Assembly: GCA_963728205.1 (NCBI GenBank) | Contig: CAVSIV010000001.1 | Coordinates: forward strand, 960,001-1,024,000 | Length of the DNA stretch: 64,000 nt | Origin: an uncultured Chloroflexia bacterium | GTDB taxonomy: Bacteria; Chloroflexota; Dehalococcoidia; UBA2979 | Direction: 5' to 3' | Shown: positions 35,824 to 46,561 of the stretch, piece by piece | Position numbering within the stretch: the first letter of the stretch is position 1 | Layout: each line of letters starts with the position of its first letter | Notes under the pieces: model-generated | What the model saw: only the letters and a program-made list of their open reading frames with translations | Databases searched by the model: none | What the model was told of the DNA's origin: nothing | Translations under genes and position numbers: made by a program

Positions 35824-37560
35824 ATGTCCACCGCCCCCGATGACGCGGATCCCCCTGCAGCCGATCAGCGCGCCGCCCGTGCCGCGGTGCTCGACCTGCC
35901 CAACGACATCAAGAAGCTCCGCAATCGCGCGGCGCTGCTCTTCGTCGTCATCAACAACGCGCCGCTCGTGCTCTTCGGCACCGACGCGAGCGGCGTCATC
36001 CGCTTCTCCCGCGGCAAGGCGCTCGAGGCCCTCGGCCTCGAGCAGGACGAGCTCGTGGGCCAGTCCGTCTTCGACCTCTATGTGAACGAGCCGGCGGTGG
36101 CGGACTCCGCCCGCCGCGCGCTCGCCGGCGAGCTCGTCACGGCGCGGCTGCATCTCGACGGCGTCGTGCACGAGACCCGCTTCGGACCGATTCGCGACCG
36201 CGACGGGAACATCGCCGGGATGCTCGGCGTGGCGATCGACATCACCGAGCGCGCCCGGGCGGAAGACGACCTCGAGCGGCGGGCGCTGTTCGACGAAGTG
36301 ACCGGCCTGCCGAACCGCCAGGCGTTCCGCGACGCCGTCGACACGGAGATTGGCCGGCAGGAGGCGGTGGCGCCGTTCGCCGTGCTTGACGTCGGACTCG
36401 ACCGCTTCCGCGACGTGAACAGCACGTACGGATTCGACTACGGCGACCGCGTGCTGGAGCAGGTGGGGCACCGGCTGGGCGAGGCGCTCGGCGATCACGC
36501 GCTGGTCGCGAAGCTGGGGGGCGACGAGTACGGGATCCTCGTGCGGCACCCGTCGAGCATCGGCTCGGCGGACGCGCTGGGCGCGCACGTCATCGCCGCC
36601 TTCGAGGAGCCGGTCGTTGTCGACGACGAGCCGATCGCGATCGAGGCGAGCGTGGGCATCGCGCTGTACCCCGGGCACGGTAACTCGGGGGACTTGCTGA
36701 TGCGCCGCGCGAACACCGCGCTGCACGTCGCGAAGGGGGCGACGGCCGCGGTCGCCGGCTACCGGCGGGAGCGCGACGAGCCGCGCATCAACAACGTCCA
36801 GCTCCTGCGCGAGCTGCGCGAGGCGATCGAGGACGACCAGCTGCTCCTGCACTATCAGCCGAAGGTGCGCCTGAGCGATGGCAGCGTCGCCGGCGTCGAG
36901 GCGCTCATCCGCTGGCAGCACCCGACACGCGGCATGCTGCAGCCCGCCGCGTTCATCCCGCTCTCCGAGCGCACCGGCGTGGTGCGGCGGCTCGCGCCGT
37001 GGGTGATCGAGCGAGCGCTCAAGCGCGCGTTGACCTTGCAGGCGGGCGGCAGATCGGCGCTGCCCATCGCGGTGAACCTCTCGGCTCGCTCGTTCCAGGA
37101 CCGTGCGCTCCCCGACCGGGTGGGCGGCCTGCTCGACCTGTGGGGCGTTCCCGGCCAGCAGCTCGAGATCGAGATCACCGAAACCGCGATCATGTCGGAC
37201 CCCGAGCGCGCGCGGGAGATCTGCGCGCGGCTGCGCGACCTGGGCATCCGCATCGCCATCGACGACTTCGGAACGGGGCACTCGCCGCTCGTGTACCTGC
37301 AGCGGCTCGGCGTGCACGCGATGAAGATCGACATCTCCTTCGTGCGCGACCTCGGCCGCAGCGCCGAGAACCAGGCGATCGTGCAGGCGATCATCGACCT
37401 GGGGAAGCGCCTCGAGGTGGAGACGGTCGCCGAGGGCGTGGAGGACGCGCCGACCTACGAACGGCTGCTGGCCATGGGTTGCGACCAGGTGCAGGGCTTC
37501 CACGTCTCTTGCCCGATGAGCGGCGACGACCTGCTGCGTTGGCGCGACGCGCGCAACTGA
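35824..37560 (+). CDS. PAS-GGDEF-EAL c-di-GMP turnover protein
   Basis: PAS ending DITER, GGDEY, YQP, EALIRW, DDFGTG, AEGVE, QG. Confidence 0.93.
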   Translation: MSTAPDDADPPAADQRAARAAVLDLPNDIKKLRNRAALLFVVINNAPLVLFGTDASGVIRFSRGKALEALGLEQDELVGQSVFDLYVNEPAVADSARRALAGELVTARLHLDGVVHETRFGPIRDRDGNIAGMLGVAIDITERARAEDDLERRALFDEVTGLPNRQAFRDAVDTEIGRQEAVAPFAVLDVGLDRFRDVNSTYGFDYGDRVLEQVGHRLGEALGDHALVAKLGGDEYGILVRHPSSIGSADALGAHVIAAFEEPVVVDDEPIAIEASVGIALYPGHGNSGDLLMRRANTALHVAKGATAAVAGYRRERDEPRINNVQLLRELREAIEDDQLLLHYQPKVRLSDGSVAGVEALIRWQHPTRGMLQPAAFIPLSERTGVVRRLAPWVIERALKRALTLQAGGRSALPIAVNLSARSFQDRALPDRVGGLLDLWGVPGQQLEIEITETAIMSDPERAREICARLRDLGIRIAIDDFGTGHSPLVYLQRLGVHAMKIDISFVRDLGRSAENQAIVQAIIDLGKRLEVETVAEGVEDAPTYERLLAMGCDQVQGFHVSCPMSGDDLLRWRDARN

Positions 37561-37575
37561 CTAGGGCGGGAGCGG

Positions 37576-38185
37576 CTACGCCGCGACGCTGTTCAGCGCG
37601 GAACGGAACTGCTCGACGCGCTCGTGCAGGCGCGCCGCGACCGTCGGCTCGACCGGCGCAGGCCCCTCGACGTCGAAGCTGCGCTGCAGGCCATCGGAGT
37701 AGCCCGCGGCCTCGACCACGCCTCGCGCGCTGGCGAGCGCGGCATCGCCGTCGTTGACGCCGCGCTCGTGGTGCCGCGTCACCGTCGCCACGATCTGCTC
37801 CGGCAGGCGCCACGCGGCAAGCATCCTCGCCCCGGCGGCGGCGTGGTCCTCGCCGAAGAGCGCGCGCTCGGCGGCGAGCACCATGCCCTCGCTCTTCGCG
37901 CGTGCGCTGATGGCCGGGTACGCGAGCGGCGCGGCGGCGGCGAGTGCGAGCCGCCCGACGTCGTGCAGCAGCCCCGCGGAGAAGGCGGCGGCGCGGGTCC
38001 ACTTCGACTCCGCGGCGCTTTCGGCCGCGACGGCCGCGGCCAGGCGGAACGATGTAGTCGCGCCGCGCGCGAGCGACGCGCTCGAGGTCCTGCACCACGG
38101 ACTGGATCTGCTCGTGGATGTGCTCGGGGGTTTCCGCGCAGATCGCGACCGCTGGTGCGACCCGGCGAGCAACAGACGCGTTCAT
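37576..38185 (-). CDS. HDOD/HD-related domain protein, probable +1 frameshift ~38050
   Basis: AGLLHDVGRL, ERALFGEDHAAAG..L..WRLP, RHH. The N-terminal part from ATG 38185 is in the adjacent frame. Confidence 0.7.
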
Positions 38186-38249
38186 CGATGAGCTGGCTTC
38201 GCCCACGTGCGCCCTGCGCAGGGCCGGCGGGCAATGTGAGTCAGGAGAG

Positions 38250-38323
38250 TGGCTGGGGACCAGGGATTCGAACCCCGACTGACGGATCCAGAGTCCGCTG
38301 TCCTACCATTAGACGAGTCCCCA
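38250..38323 (-). tRNA. tRNA-Gln(CTG)
   Basis: TGGGGAC acceptor, CT-CTG-GA loop, GGTTCGAATCC, GCCA end. Confidence 0.95.
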
Positions 38324-38388
38324 GCGAGGACCCCTAGCCTACCAAGCGAGGCCGTCGCGGTCACGAGGGGCGCCCGCAGAACCCGCGC

Positions 38389-39900
38389 CTACCCCCGCAG
38401 CGCCGTCGCCGCGCGCCGCAGCCGGCCCACCGCCGTCTCGCGCCCCACGATCTCGATCGTCTCGAAGAGCGGCGGCGCGATGCGCTTGCCGGTCACCGCG
38501 ATCCGGCACAGCGTGAACACGTCGCCCGCCTTCTCGCCGATGCCCTCGACCGTCTCACGCATCGCCGCCTCGATCGCGGCCGCCGACCAGTCGCCGAGCG
38601 ACTCCAGCGTCGCAGCGCACGCCTCCAGGCTGCCGGCCGCGCCGGCGGCGTCGTCGCGCCAGCGCTTCGCGGAGAGGAACTCCTCGACCGACGGCGTCGG
38701 CACCTCCGGCAGGAAGAAGAAGTCGACGAGGTCCACCGTCTCGCTGAGCAGCTTCACGCGCTCGCGGATCAGCGGCGTGAACGCGCGCACGAGGTCGCGG
38801 TCGATGGGCCGCGGCACCGACGGCGGGAGGTCCTGCTCGAGCCGCTCCGCGAACAGCTCGGCGAGCCGCTCCTCGGGCGTGTCGCGCAGGTAAACGCCGT
38901 TCATCCACTCGAGCTTCTGCGCGTCGAAGGCCGCGGCCGTCACGCTGACGTCGGCGAAGTCGAACGACGCGATCAGCTGCTCGCGCGTGAGGATCTCGGT
39001 CTTGTCGTCGTACGACCAGCCGAGCATCGCGAGGAAGTTGAACACCGCCTCGGGCAGGTAGCCCTCGGCCGCGTACTCGAGCACCGACTTCGCGCCGTGG
39101 CGCTTCGACAGCTTGCCGCCGTCCGGGCCGAGGATGACCGGCAGGTGCACGAACACCGGCCGCGCGTAGCCGAGCGCGTCGAACACGCGCGCGTGGCGCG
39201 GCGCCGACGGCAGCCACTCCTCGCCGCGCGTGACGTGCGTGACCTCCATCGCGTGGTCGTCGACCGGGTGCGCGAGGTGGTATGTCGGGAAGCCGTCCGA
39301 CTTGAGCAGGACGAAGTCGTCGAAGTTGCGGTTCTCGACGGTGATGTCGCCGCGCAGCAGGTCGTGCACGGTGGTCGCGCCGTCGTCGCGCATGCGGAAG
39401 CGGATCACGTGCGGCTCGCCGGCGGCCGCGCGGCTCGCGGCCTCGTGCGGGGCGATCACGCGGCACAGGCCGTCGTAGCCGGGCGGCTGCTTCGCGGCCT
39501 GCTGCTCCTTGCGCATCTCGGCGAGCCGCTCGGAGCTGCAGAAGCAGCGGTAGGCGTCGCCGGACGCGAGCAGGCGGTCGGCGGCGGCGCGGTAGCCGGG
39601 GAGCCGCTGCGACTGGACATAAGGCGCGAAGGGGCCGCCGATGTCGGGGCCTTCGTCCCAGTCGACGCCGAGCCAGCGCAGCGAGCCGAGGATCTTGTCG
39701 AGCGAGCCGGGGACCTCGCGGGTCTGGTCCGTGTCCTCGAGGCGGATGAAGAACTGCCCGCCGTTGCGGCGCGCGTAGAGCCAGCTCCACAGCGCCTGGC
39801 GGATGTTGCCGACGTGCGGATCGCCCGTCGGAGACGGCGCGTAGCGCACGCGCACGGGGCCGACGGCCGAGGAGAGGTGCGGCGGGGTCGGGGTCGTCAT
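38389..39900 (-). CDS. gltX: Glutamate--tRNA ligase
   Basis: RYAPSPTG, HVGN, RLEDTD, RGEEW, KLSKR. Confidence 0.97.
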   Translation of the reverse strand: MTTPTPPHLSSAVGPVRVRYAPSPTGDPHVGNIRQALWSWLYARRNGGQFFIRLEDTDQTREVPGSLDKILGSLRWLGVDWDEGPDIGGPFAPYVQSQRLPGYRAAADRLLASGDAYRCFCSSERLAEMRKEQQAAKQPPGYDGLCRVIAPHEAASRAAAGEPHVIRFRMRDDGATTVHDLLRGDITVENRNFDDFVLLKSDGFPTYHLAHPVDDHAMEVTHVTRGEEWLPSAPRHARVFDALGYARPVFVHLPVILGPDGGKLSKRHGAKSVLEYAAEGYLPEAVFNFLAMLGWSYDDKTEILTREQLIASFDFADVSVTAAAFDAQKLEWMNGVYLRDTPEERLAELFAERLEQDLPPSVPRPIDRDLVRAFTPLIRERVKLLSETVDLVDFFFLPEVPTPSVEEFLSAKRWRDDAAGAAGSLEACAATLESLGDWSAAAIEAAMRETVEGIGEKAGDVFTLCRIAVTGKRIAPPLFETIEIVGRETAVGRLRRAATALRG

Positions 39901-40880
39901 GCCCGGGAGCTACCTCCGTCGACGGCGGCCGCGCCGTCGTCGCAGGCGCCGAGGCCCTCCGACGGCGCGACGCCGTGGCGCGCGCGCAGGATCGCGACGG
40001 CGCGGCGCATGTCGTTCGGCAGCGGCGCCTCGAACTCGCGCCACGCGCCGTTCGACGCGAGCGTGAAGCCCAGCCGCGTGGCATGCAACGCCTGGCGGTC
40101 GATCAGGTCCGACGGGCGGCCGTACATCTGATCGCCGATGATCGGGTGTCCGATGGCCTCCATGTGCACGCGAATCTGATGGGTGCGCCCCGTGAAGATG
40201 CGGACTTCGAGCAGCGCGGCCTCGTCGCCGTACTGCTCCAGCACCCGGTACTGCGTACGCGCCGCCTGGCCCCGCTCCACGACGGCGCGGCGCGTCGGCT
40301 CGGTCGGGTCCGGGCCGAGCGGCGCGTCGATGATGCCCTCGGGCGGCTCCATGCGGCCCTCGACGATGCCGAGGTAGATCTTCAGCGTCGCGCGGACGCG
40401 CCACTGTTCCTTCATCGCGTACTGCGCCGCGTCGGACTTCGCCAGCGCGATCACGCCGGAGGTGTCGCGGTCGAGCCGGTGCACGATGCCGCCGCGCTCG
40501 CTGTCGTCGATCTCGCGGACCTCGGGGTAGTGCGCGCGCACGGCGTTGATCAGCGTCACGGCGTTCATGCCGGGCCGCGGGTGCACGACCAGCCCGGGCT
40601 GCTTGTTCAGGACGAGCGTCTCTTCGTCCTCGTAGATGATGTCGAGCGGGACCTCGGAGGCCTGCAGGTCGAGGTCCGGCACGACGGGTTCGACGACCTC
40701 GATCTGCGCCGTCGGCGCGACGTGCGCGGCCGGCCGCTCGACGATGCGGCCGTCGACGGTGACCTGCCCGTCCTCGATCAGCCGGCGCACCTGCGAGCGC
40801 GACAGCTCGGGCATCGCCGAGACGATCGCGACGTCGAGGCGGGCGTCGTCGCCGGCGGCGAAGTGGCGCTTCGGGATCAC
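39897..40880 (-). CDS. rluD: RluA/RluD family pseudouridine synthase with S4 domain
   Basis: RLD..SRSQ S4 domain, NKQPGLVVHP, HRLDRDTSG, TGRTHQIRVH; GTG start at 40880. Confidence 0.9.
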   Translation of the reverse strand: MIPKRHFAAGDDARLDVAIVSAMPELSRSQVRRLIEDGQVTVDGRIVERPAAHVAPTAQIEVVEPVVPDLDLQASEVPLDIIYEDEETLVLNKQPGLVVHPRPGMNAVTLINAVRAHYPEVREIDDSERGGIVHRLDRDTSGVIALAKSDAAQYAMKEQWRVRATLKIYLGIVEGRMEPPEGIIDAPLGPDPTEPTRRAVVERGQAARTQYRVLEQYGDEAALLEVRIFTGRTHQIRVHMEAIGHPIIGDQMYGRPSDLIDRQALHATRLGFTLASNGAWREFEAPLPNDMRRAVAILRARHGVAPSEGLGACDDGAAAVDGGSSRA

Positions 40881-41441
40881 GCGTGCGCCTCTGTGCGGTC
40901 GCCGGCGCGCTCGGCCGCGGCCGCTTCGCCGGTCCTCGAGGAAGCTCAGCACGATCAGCACGGTCACGCCGATCACGATCGACGAGTCGGCGACGTTGAA
41001 CGCCGGGTAATGCGTCGGCTTGATGAAGTCGGTGACCGTGACGCGCGTGGCGCGATCGATGAAGTTGCCGAGCGCGCCGCCGAGGACGAGCGTGAACGCG
41101 AGCGTGTAGAGCCGGGACTGCGCCGGCGCCCAGAAGATGAACACGATCACCGCGGCGATCGCGATCACGCTCGAGAGCAGCAGGAAGATCCACGCGCCCT
41201 GCAGGATGCCGAAGGCGGCGCCGGCGTTCTCGACATGCGTGAGGTGGATCAGGTCCCACCCTGCCGGCCACTCGGCGCCGAGCGCGAGGCGGTCGCGCAC
41301 CAGCGCCTTGGTGGCCTGGTCGAGCGCGATGATCACCAGCGCGCCGCCGAAGAACACGACGAGGCGAAGCGGGCTGGCGCGGCGCGTGGCCGGCGGCGTG
41401 GAGCGAGGGGTCGCGGACGGCCCCGGATCGGCGGAGTGCAT
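40877..41441 (-). CDS. lspA: Lipoprotein signal peptidase II; an apparent +1 insertion ~40930 removes its stop
   Basis: DQATK, NAGAAFG, GGALGNFIDR, VTDFI, FNVAD. Deleting one G gives ...EDREAAAAERAGDRTEAHA* with a GTGA overlap onto rluD. Confidence 0.9.
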
Positions 41442-41636
41442 GCCTCCATCCTACGGGAGCCGGTCCCTGCGATCTGCCGGGGTCTGCGTGGCCGGGGCCA
41501 CGCACGGCCACGGCGAGCAGCGCGCGAGCGCGGCTCGCCTGTTCGGCGTCACGCTCGTAAGGTCGCCGCGCCGGGTGTCGATGGTACGATCGCGGACGTC
41601 TCGCCCCGTTGTGACTCGCCCAGGATGAGGACGGCA

Positions 41637-42242
41637 ATGGCGCTGTTCAGTCGAGATCCGCGCACGATCGAGACCCGCGACGACGGCCGTCCGCGCCTCC
41701 CGCCGGGGCAGCGGCTGACGGACGGCTGGCCGGTGTTGCACTACGGCTCCGTGCCGCGCATCGACCTCGCCACGTGGGAGTTCCGCATCTTCGGCCTCGT
41801 CGAGGAGGAGCGGACGTTCTCGTGGGACGCGTTCATGGCGCTGCCGCAGGTCCGCACGCACAACGACATCCACTGTGTGACCACCTGGAGCAAGTTCGAC
41901 AACGACTGGGAGGGCGTGCGCTTCCGCGACCTCGCCGCGCTCGCGCGGCCGAAGGCCGAGGCGAAGCACGTCATCTTCCACTCGTACGGCGGCTACACGA
42001 CGAACGTCCCGATCGCCGAACTGATGGGCGACGACGTGCTGCTGGCGCACCGCCACAACGGCGAGCCGTTGTCGATCGAGCACGGCTGGCCACTGCGCGG
42101 CGTCGTCCCGCAGCTGTACTTCTGGAAGAGCGCGAAGTGGGTGCGCGGCATGGAGTTCGTCGCCGAGGACCGCCCGGGGTTCTGGGAGATGTACGGCTAC
42201 CACATGCACGGCGATCCGTGGACCGAGGAGCGCTACGGCTAG
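41637..42242 (+). CDS. Sulfite oxidase-like molybdopterin-binding oxidoreductase (YuiH-like)
   Basis: RLPPGQ, DIHCVTTWS, GGYTTN, HGWPLR, WKSAKW, GFWE..GYH..GDPW. Confidence 0.92.
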   Translation: MALFSRDPRTIETRDDGRPRLPPGQRLTDGWPVLHYGSVPRIDLATWEFRIFGLVEEERTFSWDAFMALPQVRTHNDIHCVTTWSKFDNDWEGVRFRDLAALARPKAEAKHVIFHSYGGYTTNVPIAELMGDDVLLAHRHNGEPLSIEHGWPLRGVVPQLYFWKSAKWVRGMEFVAEDRPGFWEMYGYHMHGDPWTEERYG

Positions 42243-42391
42243 CGCACCCTCCGGCGCGTGGACACGCAGCCAACCCGGCGCGCGGCACGCGCCGGCGTCC
42301 CGGCGAGTGTCGCGGGGCGGAGCGCCGGCCGCAGCTCGATCAACGCGTCGGGACGTCCGCGCGTGCCGCGCGCCGAGAGTGTGAGTGGCTC

Positions 42392-42913
42392 GTGACGGTT
42401 CCGGACGGCGTCGACGTGCGGCCGTCGCCGATCGCCGGCCTGGGGATGTTTGCGACGCGTCCGTTCCCGGCGGGCGCTCGGATCCTCCGGCGCAACCACG
42501 TCCGCGAGATCAGCGACGCCGCGCCGCTGCGGCCCGACAGGGGCGAGTTGCCCGAGCACACGGACGACGTCGAGGGCGGGCGGATCGTCCTGCTGGGCTT
42601 CCCGGACCGGCACCTCAACCACTGCTGCGACCCGAGCGCCTACGTCCGCGTGATCGACGGCGTGCACTACATCTACGCGCGCCGCGAGATCGCCGCCGGC
42701 GAGGAGATCACGAACGACTACGGCATCAACGGTCCCGGCGGCGACGGGGTGACGTGCCGTTGCCGCGCCGCACGCTGTCGCGGGGAGGCGCACTCGGACT
42801 TCTTCCGGCTCCCGCCGGCGATCCAGGCAGAGTACCTGCCGCTGCTCGCCGACTGGTTCGTCGCGGAGCATCGCGAGCGGATCGACGCCGTGCGGGCCTC
42901 GTTCGGGACGTAG
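42392..42913 (+). CDS. SET-domain protein-lysine methyltransferase with post-SET Cys motif
   Basis: SPIAGLGMFA, LNHCCDP, AGEEITNDY, CRCRAARCRG. Start uncertain. Confidence 0.85.
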   Translation: MTVPDGVDVRPSPIAGLGMFATRPFPAGARILRRNHVREISDAAPLRPDRGELPEHTDDVEGGRIVLLGFPDRHLNHCCDPSAYVRVIDGVHYIYARREIAAGEEITNDYGINGPGGDGVTCRCRAARCRGEAHSDFFRLPPAIQAEYLPLLADWFVAEHRERIDAVRASFGT

Positions 42914-42941
42914 GTCCGGCCGGCCCTCGGCCGGCCGCCAG

Positions 42942-42968
42942 ATCGGCGGCGTGTCTGCCGCCACTTGC
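42942..42968. repeat. Family A repeat, single arm
   Basis: atcggcggcgtgtctgccgccacttgc between convergent genes. Confidence 0.75.
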
Positions 42969-42983
42969 GCCACCGCTTGCCAA

Positions 42984-43850
42984 CTACGTGGCAGCGGGGG
43001 ACGGCGCCATCGCGGCTGCGCGCTCCTGCTCTTCGCGCGCGAAGCGATCGGGGTCCGCGACCCGGCGGTCGAAGAACATCGTGACGTCGGCGATGGCTGC
43101 CGCGAAGACGGACGGTAGCCGGGCGAAGCCGTGGGGCTGCTCGCCGTAGACGTGCAGGTCGACGGGGACCTTGCTCGCGGTGAGCGCCTCGAACATGCGC
43201 ATGCTCGCGGAGACCGGGACGACGGTGTCGGCGGTGCCGTGGAGCAGGCACGTCGGCGGGTACGCGGCGGTGACGTGCTCGATCGGCGCCGCGGCGCGCA
43301 GCACGGGATCGTCGGCGTCGTCGCCCATCAGCGCGCTCGCCGGCGACGCGCCGGACGCGCGGCCGTCGGACTGCCGGTAGAAGCGCACCGGTGGGTAGAA
43401 CGCGGCGACCGCCGCCAGGGCCGTGCCTGCGCCGGCGTTGCCGCCGTCTCCTTCGAACGCTGGGTCGTCGGGTGTGCCGGCGGCGAGCAGCGCGAGGTGC
43501 GCGCCGGCGCTCGAGCCCACCGCGACGACCTTCGCCGGGTCGACGCCGAGCGCCCCGGCCTGCGCGCGGATCCAGCGGATCGCGGCCTTGGCGTCGTGGA
43601 TGTGCGCCGGCCAGCGCGCCTCGCCGTTGAGGCGGTACTCGGACGACACGCAGAGGTAGCCCGCAGCGGCGAGGGCGCGCCCGTGCGGCTCCATCGCGAC
43701 GCGATCGCCGGCGCGCCAGCCGCCGCCGTGCAGCAGCAGGACGGCCGTGCTGTTGGCGCGCGCGGGGTCCGGGCGGTAGACGTCGCAGCGCAGGTCGCGC
43801 CCGCCGTGCCCGGCCGTGCCAAAGACGACGTCGCGTTCGATCTCGGTCAT
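42984..43850 (-). CDS. Alpha/beta hydrolase (HSL-like esterase)
   Basis: HGGGW, YRL, GSSAG, HGTAD, HGF. Confidence 0.9.
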   Translation of the reverse strand: MTEIERDVVFGTAGHGGRDLRCDVYRPDPARANSTAVLLLHGGGWRAGDRVAMEPHGRALAAAGYLCVSSEYRLNGEARWPAHIHDAKAAIRWIRAQAGALGVDPAKVVAVGSSAGAHLALLAAGTPDDPAFEGDGGNAGAGTALAAVAAFYPPVRFYRQSDGRASGASPASALMGDDADDPVLRAAAPIEHVTAAYPPTCLLHGTADTVVPVSASMRMFEALTASKVPVDLHVYGEQPHGFARLPSVFAAAIADVTMFFDRRVADPDRFAREEQERAAAMAPSPAAT

Positions 43851-43947
43851 GTCGGTATCCCCCGCTCGGCCTCGCGCGGTGCGAACGGTAGCAGAACGGC
43901 GGCCCGTCGGACCGCCGCTCATAGGGTGCCGGAGGTGACACACGACA

Positions 43948-43970
43948 GGCAGGCTTGAAGCCTGCCGCGC
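43948..43970 (-). repeat. Short hairpin, family C
   Basis: ggcaggcttgaagcctgccgcgc about 10 nt after the malic enzyme stop. Confidence 0.6.
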
Positions 43971-43979
43971 GTCGAGGAT

Positions 43980-45449
<1,470 letters not shown>

Positions 45450-45763
45450 GGCCGTGCCTCCCAGCCGCATCCGGAATGCGCGAATCATACCGTTCTGTCG
45501 TCTACGGGGCAGGGTTGCCCTTCCGCGAACCCGGCGCGGACGGCGCGCGGCGCAGCCGGGCCGCCCGATTCGTGCGCGGCGCGGGCCCATGACGCCGGTC
45601 GCGTCTGCTAGAATCGCGCCCCCTGACGGGGACCCGCTCCTTATCCACAGCCTTCCTCGTCCGCTGGGCCGGGCGCTCGAGGGCCAGCCGGCCTCCCCGG
45701 TGTTCCGACGTCCGTCCCGGCGGCGCCGCGAGCGCCCGATGCCGGCAGCGAGAGGGTCATCGG

Positions 45764-46252
45764 ATGTCCAGCTCCTCCATGTCTCGCCGCATGCGCGGAT
45801 CGCGCGGGCGGATCTTCTGGCGCCGCCGCGCGGGCGGCCTGCTGCTTGTCGTCGCGATCGTGCTGGCGTGCGCCGGCGTCGTTGCCTGGCTGGCGTGGCG
45901 CGAGCCGCGCGACGAGGAGTATGCGCGGCTGCAGCGCGACCCCGACGAGCCGCGCGTCGCGCCCGGCGCACCGGATGCGCCGCGCGACGAGCCGTCCGCG
46001 CGCCCGCCGTCGCCGGCCCCCGTCGGCGCGACCGTCGTGGTCGGCGGCGGCTGGCAGCGCCCCGCCGTGGCGCCGGCGACCCCGGCAGCGGAGCCCGCGC
46101 GCGCCGCACAGTCGCCCGTGAGCGCGCCGCTGCGTGCGCACGTCACCGCCTACCCGCCGCTGCCGTCGGCGACGGCAACGCCGCCGTCCTTCGTGCGCGC
46201 CGGCACACACCCGCCGGCGCCGGCGGCCGCGCGCCCGTCGCTGCCGTTCTAG
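45764..46252 (+). CDS. Hypothetical single-TM, Pro/Ala-rich protein
   Basis: One TM followed by a low-complexity tail; upstream TGcTAGAAT extended -10 at ~45606. Confidence 0.45.
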   Translation: MSSSSMSRRMRGSRGRIFWRRRAGGLLLVVAIVLACAGVVAWLAWREPRDEEYARLQRDPDEPRVAPGAPDAPRDEPSARPPSPAPVGATVVVGGGWQRPAVAPATPAAEPARAAQSPVSAPLRAHVTAYPPLPSATATPPSFVRAGTHPPAPAAARPSLPF

Positions 46253-46330
46253 CGCGCGCCGGCCGCCGTTCGCGCGGACGGCCGGCAATGATCCCCCGGG
46301 GCCCCGCTGCTATGCTCGCAGCAGCGGACG

Positions 46331-46406
46331 GCCCCCATCGTCTAGCGGCCCAGGACGCCACCCTTTCAAGGTGAAAACAGGGGTTCGACTCCCCTTGGGG
46401 GCACCA
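46331..46406 (+). tRNA. tRNA-Glu(TTC)
   Basis: GCCCCCA/TGGGGGC acceptor, CT-TTC-AA loop, ACCA end; TGcTATGCT extended -10 upstream. Confidence 0.95.
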
Positions 46407-46561
46407 CTCCGCCGTCGTCAGATCTCCCCGGCCGCGCCCGGTCGTCTCGCCCCGTGTCCCGTGCCTCCTGTCCCGCAGGTGACATGAGCGGGACTGCTGT
46501 CGCTATTCTGGTTCGCGGCGCCAGCGGGCTCACGGGCCGGCGCGGAGACGGGACGGGCGGC

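Noticed and set aside
39897-41441. Apparent LspA-RluD fusion protein (514 aa ORF)
   Set aside because: Deleting one G at ~40930 gives LspA a natural tail ending in a TGA that overlaps the rluD GTG. It matches the other +1 errors in this contig.
45641-45649. Replication origin
   Set aside because: Only one DnaA box, with no AT-rich unwinding element and no dnaA/dnaN nearby.
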